Assembly (NCBI GenBank): GCA_963693055.1
Contig: OY843751.1
Coordinates: forward strand, 544,001 to 608,000
DNA length: 64,000 bases
Direction of reading: 5' to 3'
Origin: a bacterium
GTDB lineage: Bacteria > Zhuqueibacterota > Zhuqueibacteria > Residuimicrobiales > Krinioviventaceae
Shown: positions 9,315-19,692 of the stretch, piece by piece
How the letters are laid out: every line of letters begins with the position of its first letter
How positions within the stretch are numbered: position 1 is the first letter of the stretch
Notes under the pieces: generated by a model
The model's input: the letters and a program-made list of their open reading frames with translations, nothing else
What the model was told of the DNA's origin: nothing
Database searches by the model: none
Made by a program: the position numbers and the translations under genes

Positions 9315-9677
9315 ATGAACAACGATATTCTTGTTTTAACATCCTCGGGGCCATTAATTGATTCTGAAAATAAACAGTTCCTGGAAGATTCTTTTCATTT
9401 GTCAAAGAAAATAATCCCAGATTTGTTCTCATCGATAGCCGAAAGCTTGAAGGGCGCTTTTCAATAGGCGATGTTTTTTTTTTTTCAAATCAAAGATATA
9501 TCCCTGTGCACTGATAGAACCTATGAAAAAGTTGCAATCGTTGAGCGACAAGAGTTTCGTGATAAAATAGAGTTTTACAGAGTAGCCGCCTGGAACGCGG
9601 GATTACGGTTGAATTTCTTTTATGATTATGAGAGCGCTCTTGATTGGTTAAATACTCGAGTCCCCCCAAAGATATAA
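9315..9677 (+). pseudogene. Disrupted STAS/SEC14 (SpoIIAA-like) small protein
   Basis: Frame from ATG 9315 stops at TAG 9465. An alternative frame over about 9403-9480 reads KENNPRFVLIDSRKLEGRFSIGDVFF and rejoins through a T12 run to KVAIV..NAGLRLNFFYDYESALDWL, similar to intact 52527-52892. Confidence 0.55.
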
Positions 9678-9844
9678 TTATGGAAATATTATCATAAATA
9701 GCTGTGAAATTCTATATGATTTAAGGGACGCAAAGTTTGAATTGTATATGTGAATTGTAAGAAACCGTAGGTAGTAAAAAGGGCTTGGTATAAATATTAC
9801 TGAATTATAATCAAGCCCTTGAATGGTAATACAGCCAGGAATTT

Positions 9845-11206
9845 TTATAGATTTTTTAATTTTTCTTGCAGTTCCAAATACTCGCATAGCAAGTTGATAT
9901 TCATATTGAAAACAGTACTGTTGATTCTGTCTTTGGTGATATATTCACCACTCCATCTCACTCCGGGAATGTAATTTTTATACTTGTCATTTTTTGAAAC
10001 CCAGCGTCCTTGAGCATCCTGGCTTTTAATAATTTCCTTGATTTGTGGCTCAATTTCTAACAGACGGGCTTGTATCCCATCTTTGGTTTGCATGGGTTCT
10101 GGTAACGGAATTTTATTTTGAACAGCGTTAATGGTAATTTGACAACGTTTTTTTACTGCACTCAACGCATTACTTAGATCACTTTCATAACCGTAACCGG
10201 TTCTTCGTTCAATGTGCAAGCTGTCAGTAGTTTCTACTCTGATACGACCGCGATCGTAATAGAGGGGTTTGTTGGTATAGAGTTCAACAAAACGGGCCCA
10301 CTTGCCATTGGGGAGCTGGATATCATCCAGCCAGTTTAATGCATCTGGTATTGCAACAAGATAGTGTGGGTCATTTAGACATTCAAACAAGTCCAACAAA
10401 CTGTTCATAACACGTATAGTTACCAGGGGACAGGCAGCTGGGGGTTCAAAATCACGGGCCCAAGCCGGCTGCAGGTGTTGATTATATTGTTGTGCCCAAC
10501 CGGGTTGAGGAGGCGCAATTTGAGATATCATGAGAAAACGGCCAACTTTTTCTAATGATTGTCTATATTCAGGGTTTTTATAATATTGCCAGGCATCCAT
10601 CATGACCTGAATGCAGTCATTAATACCGCCATCATTAAAGGTGGCAAAATCGTGATAATTGCCCTGTTCAGGGTATTTGTGAGGCCAGCCTCCATCTGTC
10701 AGTTGGCTTTTTTGCATCATATCCATTGCTTTTTCAATTGAATGCGTTAGAGAATCCTCGTCAATGATTTGATCTAACTGCATTAAAAAGCGTATTGCAC
10801 TTTGAGTCTGATTATCATCAAAACTTACGATATCACTTTTATGGGTAACATTGATAGTATGGTCCCAACCACCGAGATCATTTTGACCACGGATTAATGC
10901 AAACGCAGCTGCTTTTGCGGCTTCAAGTGCGGTCTGACTCGATGTTGCGTGATATGCACGAATAAAACTCATACCCACAGCAGGTGTTCCCGGAGGCTGA
11001 ACTTCTATTGTATTATCATCGGTTCTGCTTTCGCCCCAGCGTTCAGTCATATCCAGTGTATAGCTATAAACATAGCCGCCGTGTACATTTATAGAGTAGT
11101 AATATTCTACTCCCTTTTCGATTGCGTTTTTTGCGTTTTGGACAATGTTTTGTGAAAAGGCGGTAATAGAAAAGAGGACGAAAATAGTAACTATTTTCTT
11201 TTTCAT
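9845..11206 (-). CDS. Secreted pectate lyase-like protein, PL10 (PelA/pectic acid lyase type)
   Basis: Signal peptide from ATG 11206 (GGAG RBS); SFDDNQT, GGWPHKY, ATFNDG, GWAQQY..PAWARDFEP. Confidence 0.75.
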   Translation of the reverse strand: MKKKIVTIFVLFSITAFSQNIVQNAKNAIEKGVEYYYSINVHGGYVYSYTLDMTERWGESRTDDNTIEVQPPGTPAVGMSFIRAYHATSSQTALEAAKAAAFALIRGQNDLGGWDHTINVTHKSDIVSFDDNQTQSAIRFLMQLDQIIDEDSLTHSIEKAMDMMQKSQLTDGGWPHKYPEQGNYHDFATFNDGGINDCIQVMMDAWQYYKNPEYRQSLEKVGRFLMISQIAPPQPGWAQQYNQHLQPAWARDFEPPAACPLVTIRVMNSLLDLFECLNDPHYLVAIPDALNWLDDIQLPNGKWARFVELYTNKPLYYDRGRIRVETTDSLHIERRTGYGYESDLSNALSAVKKRCQITINAVQNKIPLPEPMQTKDGIQARLLEIEPQIKEIIKSQDAQGRWVSKNDKYKNYIPGVRWSGEYITKDRINSTVFNMNINLLCEYLELQEKLKNL

Positions 11207-11475
11207 AAGAGGTCTCCGGAAGTGAGTTGTTTTTATGATTATTAGTATATACATATTTTGTTTTGTAGTCAATAGATATATTTTCGCTGCATTCTGAGAA
11301 AAGGGTGATTGAAAAAAAAGGAAGAAACCTAAATTGATTATGTTATAATATTTAAGAATCTGTCTGATTTGCCGACAATATGTAATAATGCTAAATCCTT
11401 TCTTAAGCATTTCAATTGTTTTCAAGTAATATAATTAACAATATTTTTAAATTTCAAATTAGAATTGGGGAAGTG

Positions 11476-12345
11476 ATGGAATCTTTTGACTCTGAAGTAA
11501 TTGAAAATATAAAGCTTGAACCCGCAGATCTTGACTCTTTTGCATGTTGGAAAAAAGAGAATGGTCACGATATTGTAAATAATGAAGGCATCTATTGGGA
11601 AAAGATATTTCAAGGATTTTATCAACCGGCGCATATTGTGCAAAAATTAAGTCTTGAACAAATCAATTATCCTCAATTTTTGCACTGGGGTGTAAGAGGC
11701 GTTTTGCAGGATTCAGAGTCATCCCTTGCGAATGGCTTGATACCTTTTTATGCTTTTGAACAGATCGATAATTTTGATATCACTGTTTTCTCTCATCAAC
11801 GTCGGTCCAATATTCGAAAATGCTTTAGAAATGTTGAAATACGTGAAGTCAAAGATGAAAAAGTAATGTTAGAACAAGGCTATAATGTTATAACATCTTC
11901 TTTACAAAGAACAAATCATTTGGGAATACCTTCAAAAGAAAATTATATAAAGCATTGCACCGCGTACCTAAATAGTGGTGATAACAGCCATATTGTATTA
12001 GGTGCATTTCTGGAAAACAGGCTTTTAGCATATCTTGATATTTGTGCTGTAGAGGAAACCGCGTATTTGATGAATATGTATATTCACTCAGACGCATTAC
12101 GCTTTTCTGTTAGTCCGGGTTTGTTTTATAGTGCATTTTTACTTTGCCGGGAGAGTGAAAAAATTACCCAGGTATTAGCAGGTGGCCCAACTCCGGATGA
12201 TAACGGTTTGGAAATATTTAAAAAGAGAATGGGGTTTAATATAGTTGACGTTCCAACATTTTGCAAAATGAATAAAATGGTTGCTTTATTATTAAGGATG
12301 AAATGTCCTGAAAGTTATCATAAACTATTGACTACACACCACTAG
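11476..12345 (+). CDS. GNAT/FemAB-like fold protein, paralog 1
   Basis: RRSNIRKC, LGAFLENRLLAY, FKKRMGF pattern typical of Fem/acetyltransferase-like proteins; paralog of next gene. Confidence 0.6.
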   Translation: MESFDSEVIENIKLEPADLDSFACWKKENGHDIVNNEGIYWEKIFQGFYQPAHIVQKLSLEQINYPQFLHWGVRGVLQDSESSLANGLIPFYAFEQIDNFDITVFSHQRRSNIRKCFRNVEIREVKDEKVMLEQGYNVITSSLQRTNHLGIPSKENYIKHCTAYLNSGDNSHIVLGAFLENRLLAYLDICAVEETAYLMNMYIHSDALRFSVSPGLFYSAFLLCRESEKITQVLAGGPTPDDNGLEIFKKRMGFNIVDVPTFCKMNKMVALLLRMKCPESYHKLLTTHH

Positions 12346-12398
12346 TTATTTTCATTTTGTGAAATCTGATAGTATTATTTCTAATCAGGTGAATCTGA

Positions 12399-13271
12399 AT
12401 GAAAACTGTAGATATTGAACCAATTCTGTCAAGTATAACCCTTTTTCCTGCTTCAATTAAAGATTTTGCAATTTGGAAAGCCTCGCAAGGTCATCATATT
12501 GTTGAAAAAAACAATTTATATTGGCACGAGGCTTTTAAAGGCTTTTACCAACCGATACATATATTACAAGAATTGCATCAGAATCAAATCCATTCGCCTA
12601 AAATGATGGCCTGGGGAGTACGAGGTGCATTGAAAAAGAGTGAACAGTTTTTAGCAAATGGGGCAATTGAGTACTATACCCTCCCAAATTTAAACAGTTT
12701 TGATTTTAGCATGTTTTCTCAAAAACGGAGAGAAAATATACGTAAATGTTTTCGCAGGGTAGAAATTAAAGAAATAAAAGATGAAAATATTTTACTGGAG
12801 CAGGGATATGATGTTGTTCGTTCTTCATTAGAACGTACACATCATGCTTCCATACCCACAAAAGAAAAGTATCTTGCAAACGGCACAGCATATGTGAACA
12901 GGGGTGATAACAGTCATATGGTTTTAGGAGCGTTTGAAGACAATAAACTGCTCGCATTTTTAGAACTCTCAGCGGTTGAGGATACGGTTTATCTGGTGAC
13001 TATGATGATTGCATCTGAAGCATTAAAGCATGGTGTGAGCTCGGGTTTGTTTTATACGTCGTTTGAGCTGAGCAAGTATGCTCCCGGAGTAAGACGAATG
13101 TTTGCCGGTGGCAGAACCAGCGGACATGAAACGCTTGATGTTTTTAAACAAAGTATGGGAATGTCTATTGTTAAAGAACCATTCTGGAGTAATATTTTAT
13201 CTTCTGCAAGATTTGTTTTAAAACACAAGTACCCTCAAAAATACAATCGGCTGATTGGTGGATTGGTATGA
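12399..13271 (+). CDS. GNAT/FemAB-like fold protein, paralog 2
   Basis: RRENIRKC, LGAFEDNKLLAF, FKQSMG; collinear with the preceding gene. Confidence 0.6.
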   Translation: MKTVDIEPILSSITLFPASIKDFAIWKASQGHHIVEKNNLYWHEAFKGFYQPIHILQELHQNQIHSPKMMAWGVRGALKKSEQFLANGAIEYYTLPNLNSFDFSMFSQKRRENIRKCFRRVEIKEIKDENILLEQGYDVVRSSLERTHHASIPTKEKYLANGTAYVNRGDNSHMVLGAFEDNKLLAFLELSAVEDTVYLVTMMIASEALKHGVSSGLFYTSFELSKYAPGVRRMFAGGRTSGHETLDVFKQSMGMSIVKEPFWSNILSSARFVLKHKYPQKYNRLIGGLV

Positions 13272-13352
13272 GTATGTTTAAATAATAGTCTGTTTTTAGT
13301 CTTGATAGAATTGTTGTTATATTGACAATAGCATTAATTATATGTATATATA

Positions 13353-14564
13353 GAAACATCTGAAATATTGGATTTTTTCATATTGAACTATTAAATTGAG
13401 TTCAATTTTCCAAAGAGATTAAAATATTTATAAAATCTATATCATTTGCAATTGTTCTTTGACAAAATTTACTATTATAACTCGAATGCATAGGTTATAT
13501 GCCTACGAAATGGCTCAAGTGGTTAATGTAACCATACGCCGGATATTATAAACCCATGCTGCAATCACAAATTCGAAACGATTTCGGCCCATATCATAAT
13601 AACTGCACCGATCATAATCTAATACTTGCTTCATGAAGGCAAACGGTCTTTCAACTGCATTCCGAACTTTAGATAATTGCTTATTTCTTTTTACCTGCTT
13701 TGATGTCAAATTTCGGTTCCTATATCCTTTATCAAGAATACCGCAATAGACTCCTTTGCCTCGCAGGTTGCACTTGCGGGCTTTGTTCGTGTAACCTTTA
13801 TCTGCGAACACCGCATTTTCTTTTTCTGTTATCAGATCCGGAAATAGATTGGTGTCGTGAATACTTGCGCTGGTAAACTCTACTGAATGAATAATATCAC
13901 TGTCTAAATCTGTACCAATATGGCCCTTGTAGCCATAATGCGTTTTGCCACGTTTCTTTGTGAAATCTGCATCACGATCACGTTTGCTTCCTGGTTTCGC
14001 TTGTGCTTGCTTAATGGTTGCATCAACAAGGGTTCCTTTGCCAACGATTAGACCCATTTTTTCAAGCTGTTTGTTGAATTGCCGGAACAGTATTTTATCA
14101 AGACCAAGGCGAGAAAATTGTTCACGATAGCGACAGATAGTGGTCTCGTCAGGGATTGCATCAGCACTGGTCAGTTCCAGAAACAATTGAAAACTACGTC
14201 GATCCGCAATCTCTTCTTCCAGGCGAGGATCGGATAAACCATAGATACGTTGTAATAAAAAACAACGAACAATAACTAACAAATCAAATGACGGCTTGCC
14301 TGCATTTGATTTTCTGGTTTTTGATTGTTCAATACGTTCTTCAATGGGTTCAAGCAAATTTTGCCAATCAATTTTTTCTTTGATAATTTCCAGAGCTTGT
14401 TTGCTTTGGGTTTTTATATGCTTTTTGAAATTTTCATTTGCTGCTGTGGTAAACAAGTCTTCATTGTGTATTCTATTGCGGCCCATGTGAAGCTCCTATT
14501 TGTTTTTTCATACAGCAAATTAGTAAATTTTAACCTTTGATTCTAATAATATTTCAGAGGTTTC
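13353..14564 (-). mobile_element. IS5-family insertion sequence, 1212 bp, apparently intact
   Basis: 17-bp TIRs GAAACATCTGAAATATT (13353-13369) and GAAACCTCTGAAATATT (rc of 14548-14564), one mismatch; ATATA on both flanks (13348-13352, 14565-14569). Confidence 0.9.
13515..14486 (-). CDS. IS5-family DDE transposase
   Basis: LSDPRLEE, PDETTICRYR, LVDAT, HYGYKGH, ADKGY, RNAVERPF. Confidence 0.95.
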   Translation of the reverse strand: MGRNRIHNEDLFTTAANENFKKHIKTQSKQALEIIKEKIDWQNLLEPIEERIEQSKTRKSNAGKPSFDLLVIVRCFLLQRIYGLSDPRLEEEIADRRSFQLFLELTSADAIPDETTICRYREQFSRLGLDKILFRQFNKQLEKMGLIVGKGTLVDATIKQAQAKPGSKRDRDADFTKKRGKTHYGYKGHIGTDLDSDIIHSVEFTSASIHDTNLFPDLITEKENAVFADKGYTNKARKCNLRGKGVYCGILDKGYRNRNLTSKQVKRNKQLSKVRNAVERPFAFMKQVLDYDRCSYYDMGRNRFEFVIAAWVYNIRRMVTLTT

Positions 14565-14591
14565 ATATAATTAATGTACTATTAACGAGGG

Positions 14592-15002
14592 GTGACTATG
14601 AAGATAATTTCAATTTTAATTCTATTATTAATGTTTACGGCTTGTTCAGCACTGCTTGATCCTGATGAGCAGGCAAAGCTGGTCCTAAGTGAGGGGTCCT
14701 ACCAAAATTTTACCGATTCCTCCGGCAATACACATTCCGCCATACAATGGAAATATCGTGTGAAATCTGTTTCCTGCCAAATTGGTGGCTATGGATTAAA
14801 CAGAGGAGGGCATAGTGCTTCTGTTATCTGGTGGAAGAAGAAAACCATACAGCCGGGGATAGAGTATACGTTTTCAGATACACTCAATTCAGCAATCACG
14901 GCTAATAGCGGGACACGCGTTTCCATGGAGGGATATATAGATCAGGATAATGGCGGAATTAAATCCATTTCTTCTGAAATCCATTTGGTGGAACGAAAAT
15001 AA
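14592..15002 (+). CDS. Hypothetical lipoprotein
   Basis: GAGG RBS; MKIISILILLLMFTAC lipobox; true start may be ATG 14598. Confidence 0.65.
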   Translation: MTMKIISILILLLMFTACSALLDPDEQAKLVLSEGSYQNFTDSSGNTHSAIQWKYRVKSVSCQIGGYGLNRGGHSASVIWWKKKTIQPGIEYTFSDTLNSAITANSGTRVSMEGYIDQDNGGIKSISSEIHLVERK

Positions 15003-15167
15003 AAATTAGACTGACAATTCAAGTTGTTCCAATTATTTAATTCTTGTATCCTGTAAAAGAATTAATTATACTCTGGTGTATACTGTTTGTATTTTTTTAA
15101 AATAGCTATTCTTTTTTATCCATCCTTTTTAAAAAGAGAACTGTCATTGAAAATACAGAGGAGCACT

Positions 15168-16618
15168 ATGAGAAACCTACCTCGTCGTCATTTTTTGCAA
15201 CTTGCAGGTTTAGCGGGGGCATCAATGTTAATCCCGGGTTGTGCAAAGAAAACAAAACCCAACATAGTATTGATTATGGCCGATGATATGGGCTATGGTG
15301 ATCCGGGTTGCTATAATCCGGAAAGTAAAGCACCAACTCCTAATATCGATCAGCTTGCGGCTGATGGAATGCGGTTTACCAATGCTCATTCAGCCGGGTC
15401 TTTGTGTATTCCCGCACGATATGGTTTGTTGACCGGCAGGTACCCCATGCGGGAAGATATGGACAAGCATCACTATACCAATCTGATTGAACCGGGACGC
15501 GAAACGCTAGCTACTATAGTCAAGAAAAGCGGATACCGGACTGCCATGGTAGGGAAATGGCACCTGGGTTTTGAACATATCGATGACCCTGATTTCAGTA
15601 AACCACTCAAAGGCGGTCCTGTTGATTGCGGTTTTGATTCCTTTTTCGGCATGCATGCATCGCTGGATATTCAACCCTATTATTATATCGAAAATGACCG
15701 TGCCGTATCTCCACCCACAGAGACGATAGAGGCCCACAACAGTCCCGATGTTACTCCTGTTCAGGGTGCATTCTGGCGGAAAGGTAAAATAGCGCCGGGA
15801 TTCAAACATGATGAGGTTTTACCCAAATTTGCGGAAAAGTCCATTACATTTTTAAAACAGCAGGATAAAAACAATCCGTTTTTTTTCTATCTGGCGCTTG
15901 CAGCGCCGCATACTCCCTGGCTGCCCCAGGGTAAATTCCGTGGGATGAGTAAAGCTGGGGATTATGGAGATTTTGTATCGCAGGTTGATGATGTGGTTGG
16001 CCGTGTCTTGAAAACGCTTCAGGACAAAGGTCTTGCTGAGAATACTCTGGTCATATTTACCAGTGATAACGGACCTGTCTGGTTCAAACAAGATGTGGAA
16101 CGTTATGATCATCGTTCTGTTTCTTTTTTACGGGGAATGAAAGCTGATGCCTACGAGGCGGGCACCGGATGCCCTTTATTGCACGCTGGCCCGGAAAGGT
16201 ACAGCCCGGCAGTGTAAACGATCATGTTATTAGTTTTGTAGATATTTTGGCAACACTTGCCGAGGTAGCCGGTCAGCCGTTAACCCAATATGCTGAAGAC
16301 AGCTATAGTATTGTTCCGATTCTGATGGACAAGGATTACCCAAAACCTTTACGGGAAGCTACTGTAATAGACAGTAACACGCTTATACAATGGCCCTGGA
16401 AACTGATTGTGGGATCAGGATTGGGTGGAATACATGCGCGTTATAATCCTGAATTGCAGGATGATCGACATAAAGGAACGCATTTTAACGAACTTTATAA
16501 TTTAGAAAAAGACCCATCTGAAACTCAAAATCTTGCAGAGCAGCACCCTGAAATTGTAGAGCGTTTAAAGAAATTGCTAAATACATATAAAGAACAGGGA
16601 TTCAGTGTAAAACGTTAA
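15168..16618 (+). pseudogene. Tat-exported arylsulfatase split by a 1-nt frameshift near 16160
   Basis: RRHFLQ; PNIVLIMADDMG; CIPARYGLLTG; GKWHLG; SDNG. The conserved YEAGHRMPFIARWPG is broken across ORFs 15087-16217 and 16169-16618 at gcgggcaccgg. Confidence 0.85.
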
Positions 16619-16646
16619 TTCAATTCTGATAAAAATTGGGAGTTTT

Positions 16647-17948
16647 ATGAAACGCAGACAGTTTTTAAAAGATCTGGTCACAGGTACCGCAGCAATATCT
16701 ACATTTTCGTTTTATCAATGCAGTAAAATAAAACCCAAGCCCAATGTTGTATTGATCATGGTAGATGATTTTGGGTATGAATGTATTCGTGCCAATGGCG
16801 GCACCTCTTATAAAACACCATATATCGACAGACTGGCAGAGACCGGCATGCGGTTTACGCATTGTTATTCCATGCCGCTGTGTACACCATCCCGTGTGCA
16901 GATCATGACCGGGAAATACAATTTTAGAAACTATACGGAATTTGGTGCGCTTAAACCGGGCGAGTATACGTTTGGTAATTTGTTTCAGCAGAATGGTTAC
17001 AAGACCTGCGTTGCCGGTAAATGGCAGTTGGCGGGAAGTGTAAAGGGCACACCGCAGGTTGGTGAGGGAACTATGCCAAATGATGCCGGATTTGATGAAT
17101 ATTGCCTGTGGCATTTAAATGTCCGTGATAAGCGTTACTGGTATCCTGTTATTGATCAAAATGGAGAAATGCGCAAAGATATTCATGATCGTTTTGGGCC
17201 GGATGTATTTGTTGATTATATAAATGATTTTGTGAACCGTAATCAAAAAGACCCATTTTTTGTATATTATCCCATGGCTCTTACCCACGATCCGTTTTTG
17301 CCAACTCCTGATGATAATCCCACAGACGAAGAAAAAGAATCCAAAGGACCTGAGAATTTCCCCAGTTTTGTTCGCTATACAGATAAAATGGTCAAACGTA
17401 TAGTAGATAATCTGGATAAATTGGGCTTACGAGAGAATACATTGATTTTGTTTACCGGAGATAATGGTACACACAAGAGTATAACCAGTCAGCTGGATGG
17501 CAAGCCTCTTCGCGGAGACAAGGGTATGCCCACCATTGCCGGTACGCATGTACCCTTGATTGCAAACTGGCCAGGAACAATTCCCGGGGGAGTTGTTAAA
17601 AACGATCTCGTAGATTTTACTGATTTTTTTCCCACTTTGGCAGAAACAGCAGGTATAGAGCCTCCTGTTGAATTGTTTTTGGATGGACACAGCTTTTTAC
17701 CCCAGCTAAAAGGCGAGACCGGAAATCCCAGAGAATGGGTGTTCTGCCATTATGATCCACGTTGGGGAACGCGACCCAGCGCCAGATATGTTCATAACAA
17801 ATATTTAAAGCTGTACGGCGATGGCAGAATATTCAATATTGCTTCTGATCCCCTGGAAGAAAAACCGCTTGAATTTGAAAACATGGACCGGGTAAGCCAG
17901 GAGACAATAAGAGAATTTGAAAAGGTGTTAAAATTATATCGGAAATAG
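16647..17948 (+). CDS. Tat-exported sulfatase (S1, Cys-type)
   Basis: KRRQFLK; PNVVLIMVDD; CTPSR..MTG; GKWQL; GDNG; VPLIANWPG. Confidence 0.92.
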   Translation: MKRRQFLKDLVTGTAAISTFSFYQCSKIKPKPNVVLIMVDDFGYECIRANGGTSYKTPYIDRLAETGMRFTHCYSMPLCTPSRVQIMTGKYNFRNYTEFGALKPGEYTFGNLFQQNGYKTCVAGKWQLAGSVKGTPQVGEGTMPNDAGFDEYCLWHLNVRDKRYWYPVIDQNGEMRKDIHDRFGPDVFVDYINDFVNRNQKDPFFVYYPMALTHDPFLPTPDDNPTDEEKESKGPENFPSFVRYTDKMVKRIVDNLDKLGLRENTLILFTGDNGTHKSITSQLDGKPLRGDKGMPTIAGTHVPLIANWPGTIPGGVVKNDLVDFTDFFPTLAETAGIEPPVELFLDGHSFLPQLKGETGNPREWVFCHYDPRWGTRPSARYVHNKYLKLYGDGRIFNIASDPLEEKPLEFENMDRVSQETIREFEKVLKLYRK

Positions 17949-18005
17949 CGTTTGAATTTAGTTGTAATTGCGTTTAGTAACAGTGTTTATCTTGTGTGTG
18001 AAAAA

Positions 18006-19622
18006 ATGGAGAACCGTTTGAAAAGATTCAAAGATTGTTCTGGCTTGATTTTAGTGTTTTTAGTAATTTGCTCAAATCTCGTTTATGCACAATCAACGAA
18101 AAACGCAATTCTTTCAACAGAAATTCTAGAATCATATATTGATCGATTTGTCGAGCAGGATGAAGAAATAAATGTTCAGTATATACCTAATGAAAAGGCA
18201 TTTGAATTTTTACAATCCAATATTCCACTGTTTGAATGTCCGGATAAAGATATCGAACGCACCTACTATTTCAGATGGTGGACCTTTCGAAAGCATATAA
18301 AAGAAACCCCAGATGGTTTTGTGGTGACCGAATTCCTGCCGGATGTCGGTTGGGCAGGGAAGCATAATACAATCAGTTGTGCAGCTGGACACCATTTTTA
18401 CGAAGGTAGATGGCTGCATGATTCGAGATTTCTAAATGATTATGCCCGGTTCTGGTTCAGAGGAGGTGGCTCACCACGGGGATATAGCTTTTGGGCTGCT
18501 GACGCTTTATATGCTTTTCATAACGTCCACATACAAGACTCTCTCCTAGTGGATTTACTTCCGGATCTGATTGAAAATTACGAAAAATGGATTGAGGGTT
18601 GGTTATGGAGAGATAAATGGCCAATAGGACAAGATCAAGATGGATTGTTTTATATTGTTGATGACCGTGAAGGTATGGAATTGTCAATCAGTCATTATGG
18701 TAAAAGACCTTCAATTAACTCGTATATGTATGGAGATGCCGTTGCCATAAGTAAAATTGCAGCATTAGATAATAATGAAGAGATAAAAAATCAATATGCA
18801 GCAAAAGCAAAAACGTTGCAAACCCTTGTTCAGGAAAAGTTGTGGGACGACGAGCAAAAGTTTTTTAAAACAAAACTCACAAATTCCGCAAAATTGGTCA
18901 ATGTCCGGGAGTTGATAGGGTATACACCGTGGTATTTTGGGCTGCCCGACAGGAACAAGGGCTATGAAGAGGCCTGGCTTGAGATTGTGAATACCGAAGG
19001 ATTTTACGCGCCCTTTGGACCAACAACGGCTGAACAACGCCACCCCAAATTTATGAAACAGCATACAAAGGGTTGCCAATGGGATGGACCTTCGTGGCCA
19101 TACTCCACATCTTTGACCTTGACTGCGCTTGCGAATGTATTGAATGATTATGATCAAGAGTATGTAACAAAATCAGATTATTTTGATCTTTTATCCATTT
19201 ATGCCAACAGTCACAAGCTTTTAAAACCAAATGGTGAGATAGTACCATGGATTGATGAAAATCTGCAGCCTTTTACCGGTGACTGGATCATGCGCTCAAT
19301 TAATATCATGTGGAACTGGTCTCGTGGTTATGAACGGGGAAAAGATTATAATCATTCTACTTTTTGTGATTTAATCATAACAGGCTTGATGGGCTTAAGA
19401 CCCAGTGCCGATAATGTGCTTTTAATAAATCCTCTGGTGCCGGAAAATGTTTGGGACTGGTTTTGCATGGATAATATATTATATAAAAATCATATTGTTT
19501 GTATTTTATGGGATGCTTCCGGAAAGAAATATAACCAGGGTGCGGGATTCAGGATTTTTATTGACGGCAAACCCGTTGCACAATCACAAAAGCTAGAGAC
19601 AATAGAGCTACAATTGGATTAA
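18006..19622 (+). CDS. Secreted (alpha/alpha)6 glycoside hydrolase (MGH1/GH63-like; possibly GH142-like)
   Basis: YYFRWWTFRKH, GHHFYEGRW, DDREGME, RELIGYTPW, CQWDGPSWP, DYNHSTF; start codon uncertain. Confidence 0.7.
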   Translation: MENRLKRFKDCSGLILVFLVICSNLVYAQSTKNAILSTEILESYIDRFVEQDEEINVQYIPNEKAFEFLQSNIPLFECPDKDIERTYYFRWWTFRKHIKETPDGFVVTEFLPDVGWAGKHNTISCAAGHHFYEGRWLHDSRFLNDYARFWFRGGGSPRGYSFWAADALYAFHNVHIQDSLLVDLLPDLIENYEKWIEGWLWRDKWPIGQDQDGLFYIVDDREGMELSISHYGKRPSINSYMYGDAVAISKIAALDNNEEIKNQYAAKAKTLQTLVQEKLWDDEQKFFKTKLTNSAKLVNVRELIGYTPWYFGLPDRNKGYEEAWLEIVNTEGFYAPFGPTTAEQRHPKFMKQHTKGCQWDGPSWPYSTSLTLTALANVLNDYDQEYVTKSDYFDLLSIYANSHKLLKPNGEIVPWIDENLQPFTGDWIMRSINIMWNWSRGYERGKDYNHSTFCDLIITGLMGLRPSADNVLLINPLVPENVWDWFCMDNILYKNHIVCILWDASGKKYNQGAGFRIFIDGKPVAQSQKLETIELQLD

Positions 19623-19651
19623 TCAGGTATGGGGGCGCTACCAGAGAATGT

Positions 19652-19692
19652 AAGCACACATTGTATCCATTACAATGTGCGCTTTTGTTTTT
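19652..19692 (+). terminator. Terminator between convergent genes
   Basis: AAGCACACATTGTA-tccat-TACAATGTGCGCTT followed by T-rich tract. Confidence 0.65.

Noticed and set aside
9465-9467. In-frame TAG as pyrrolysine/readthrough
   Set aside because: The family-like sequence lies in a different frame across this region, favouring frameshifts; no pyl genes in the window.
14537-14571. Hybrid promoter formed by IS end (TTGATT) and flanking TATAAT
   Set aside because: Spacer is 23 nt, too long for sigma70.
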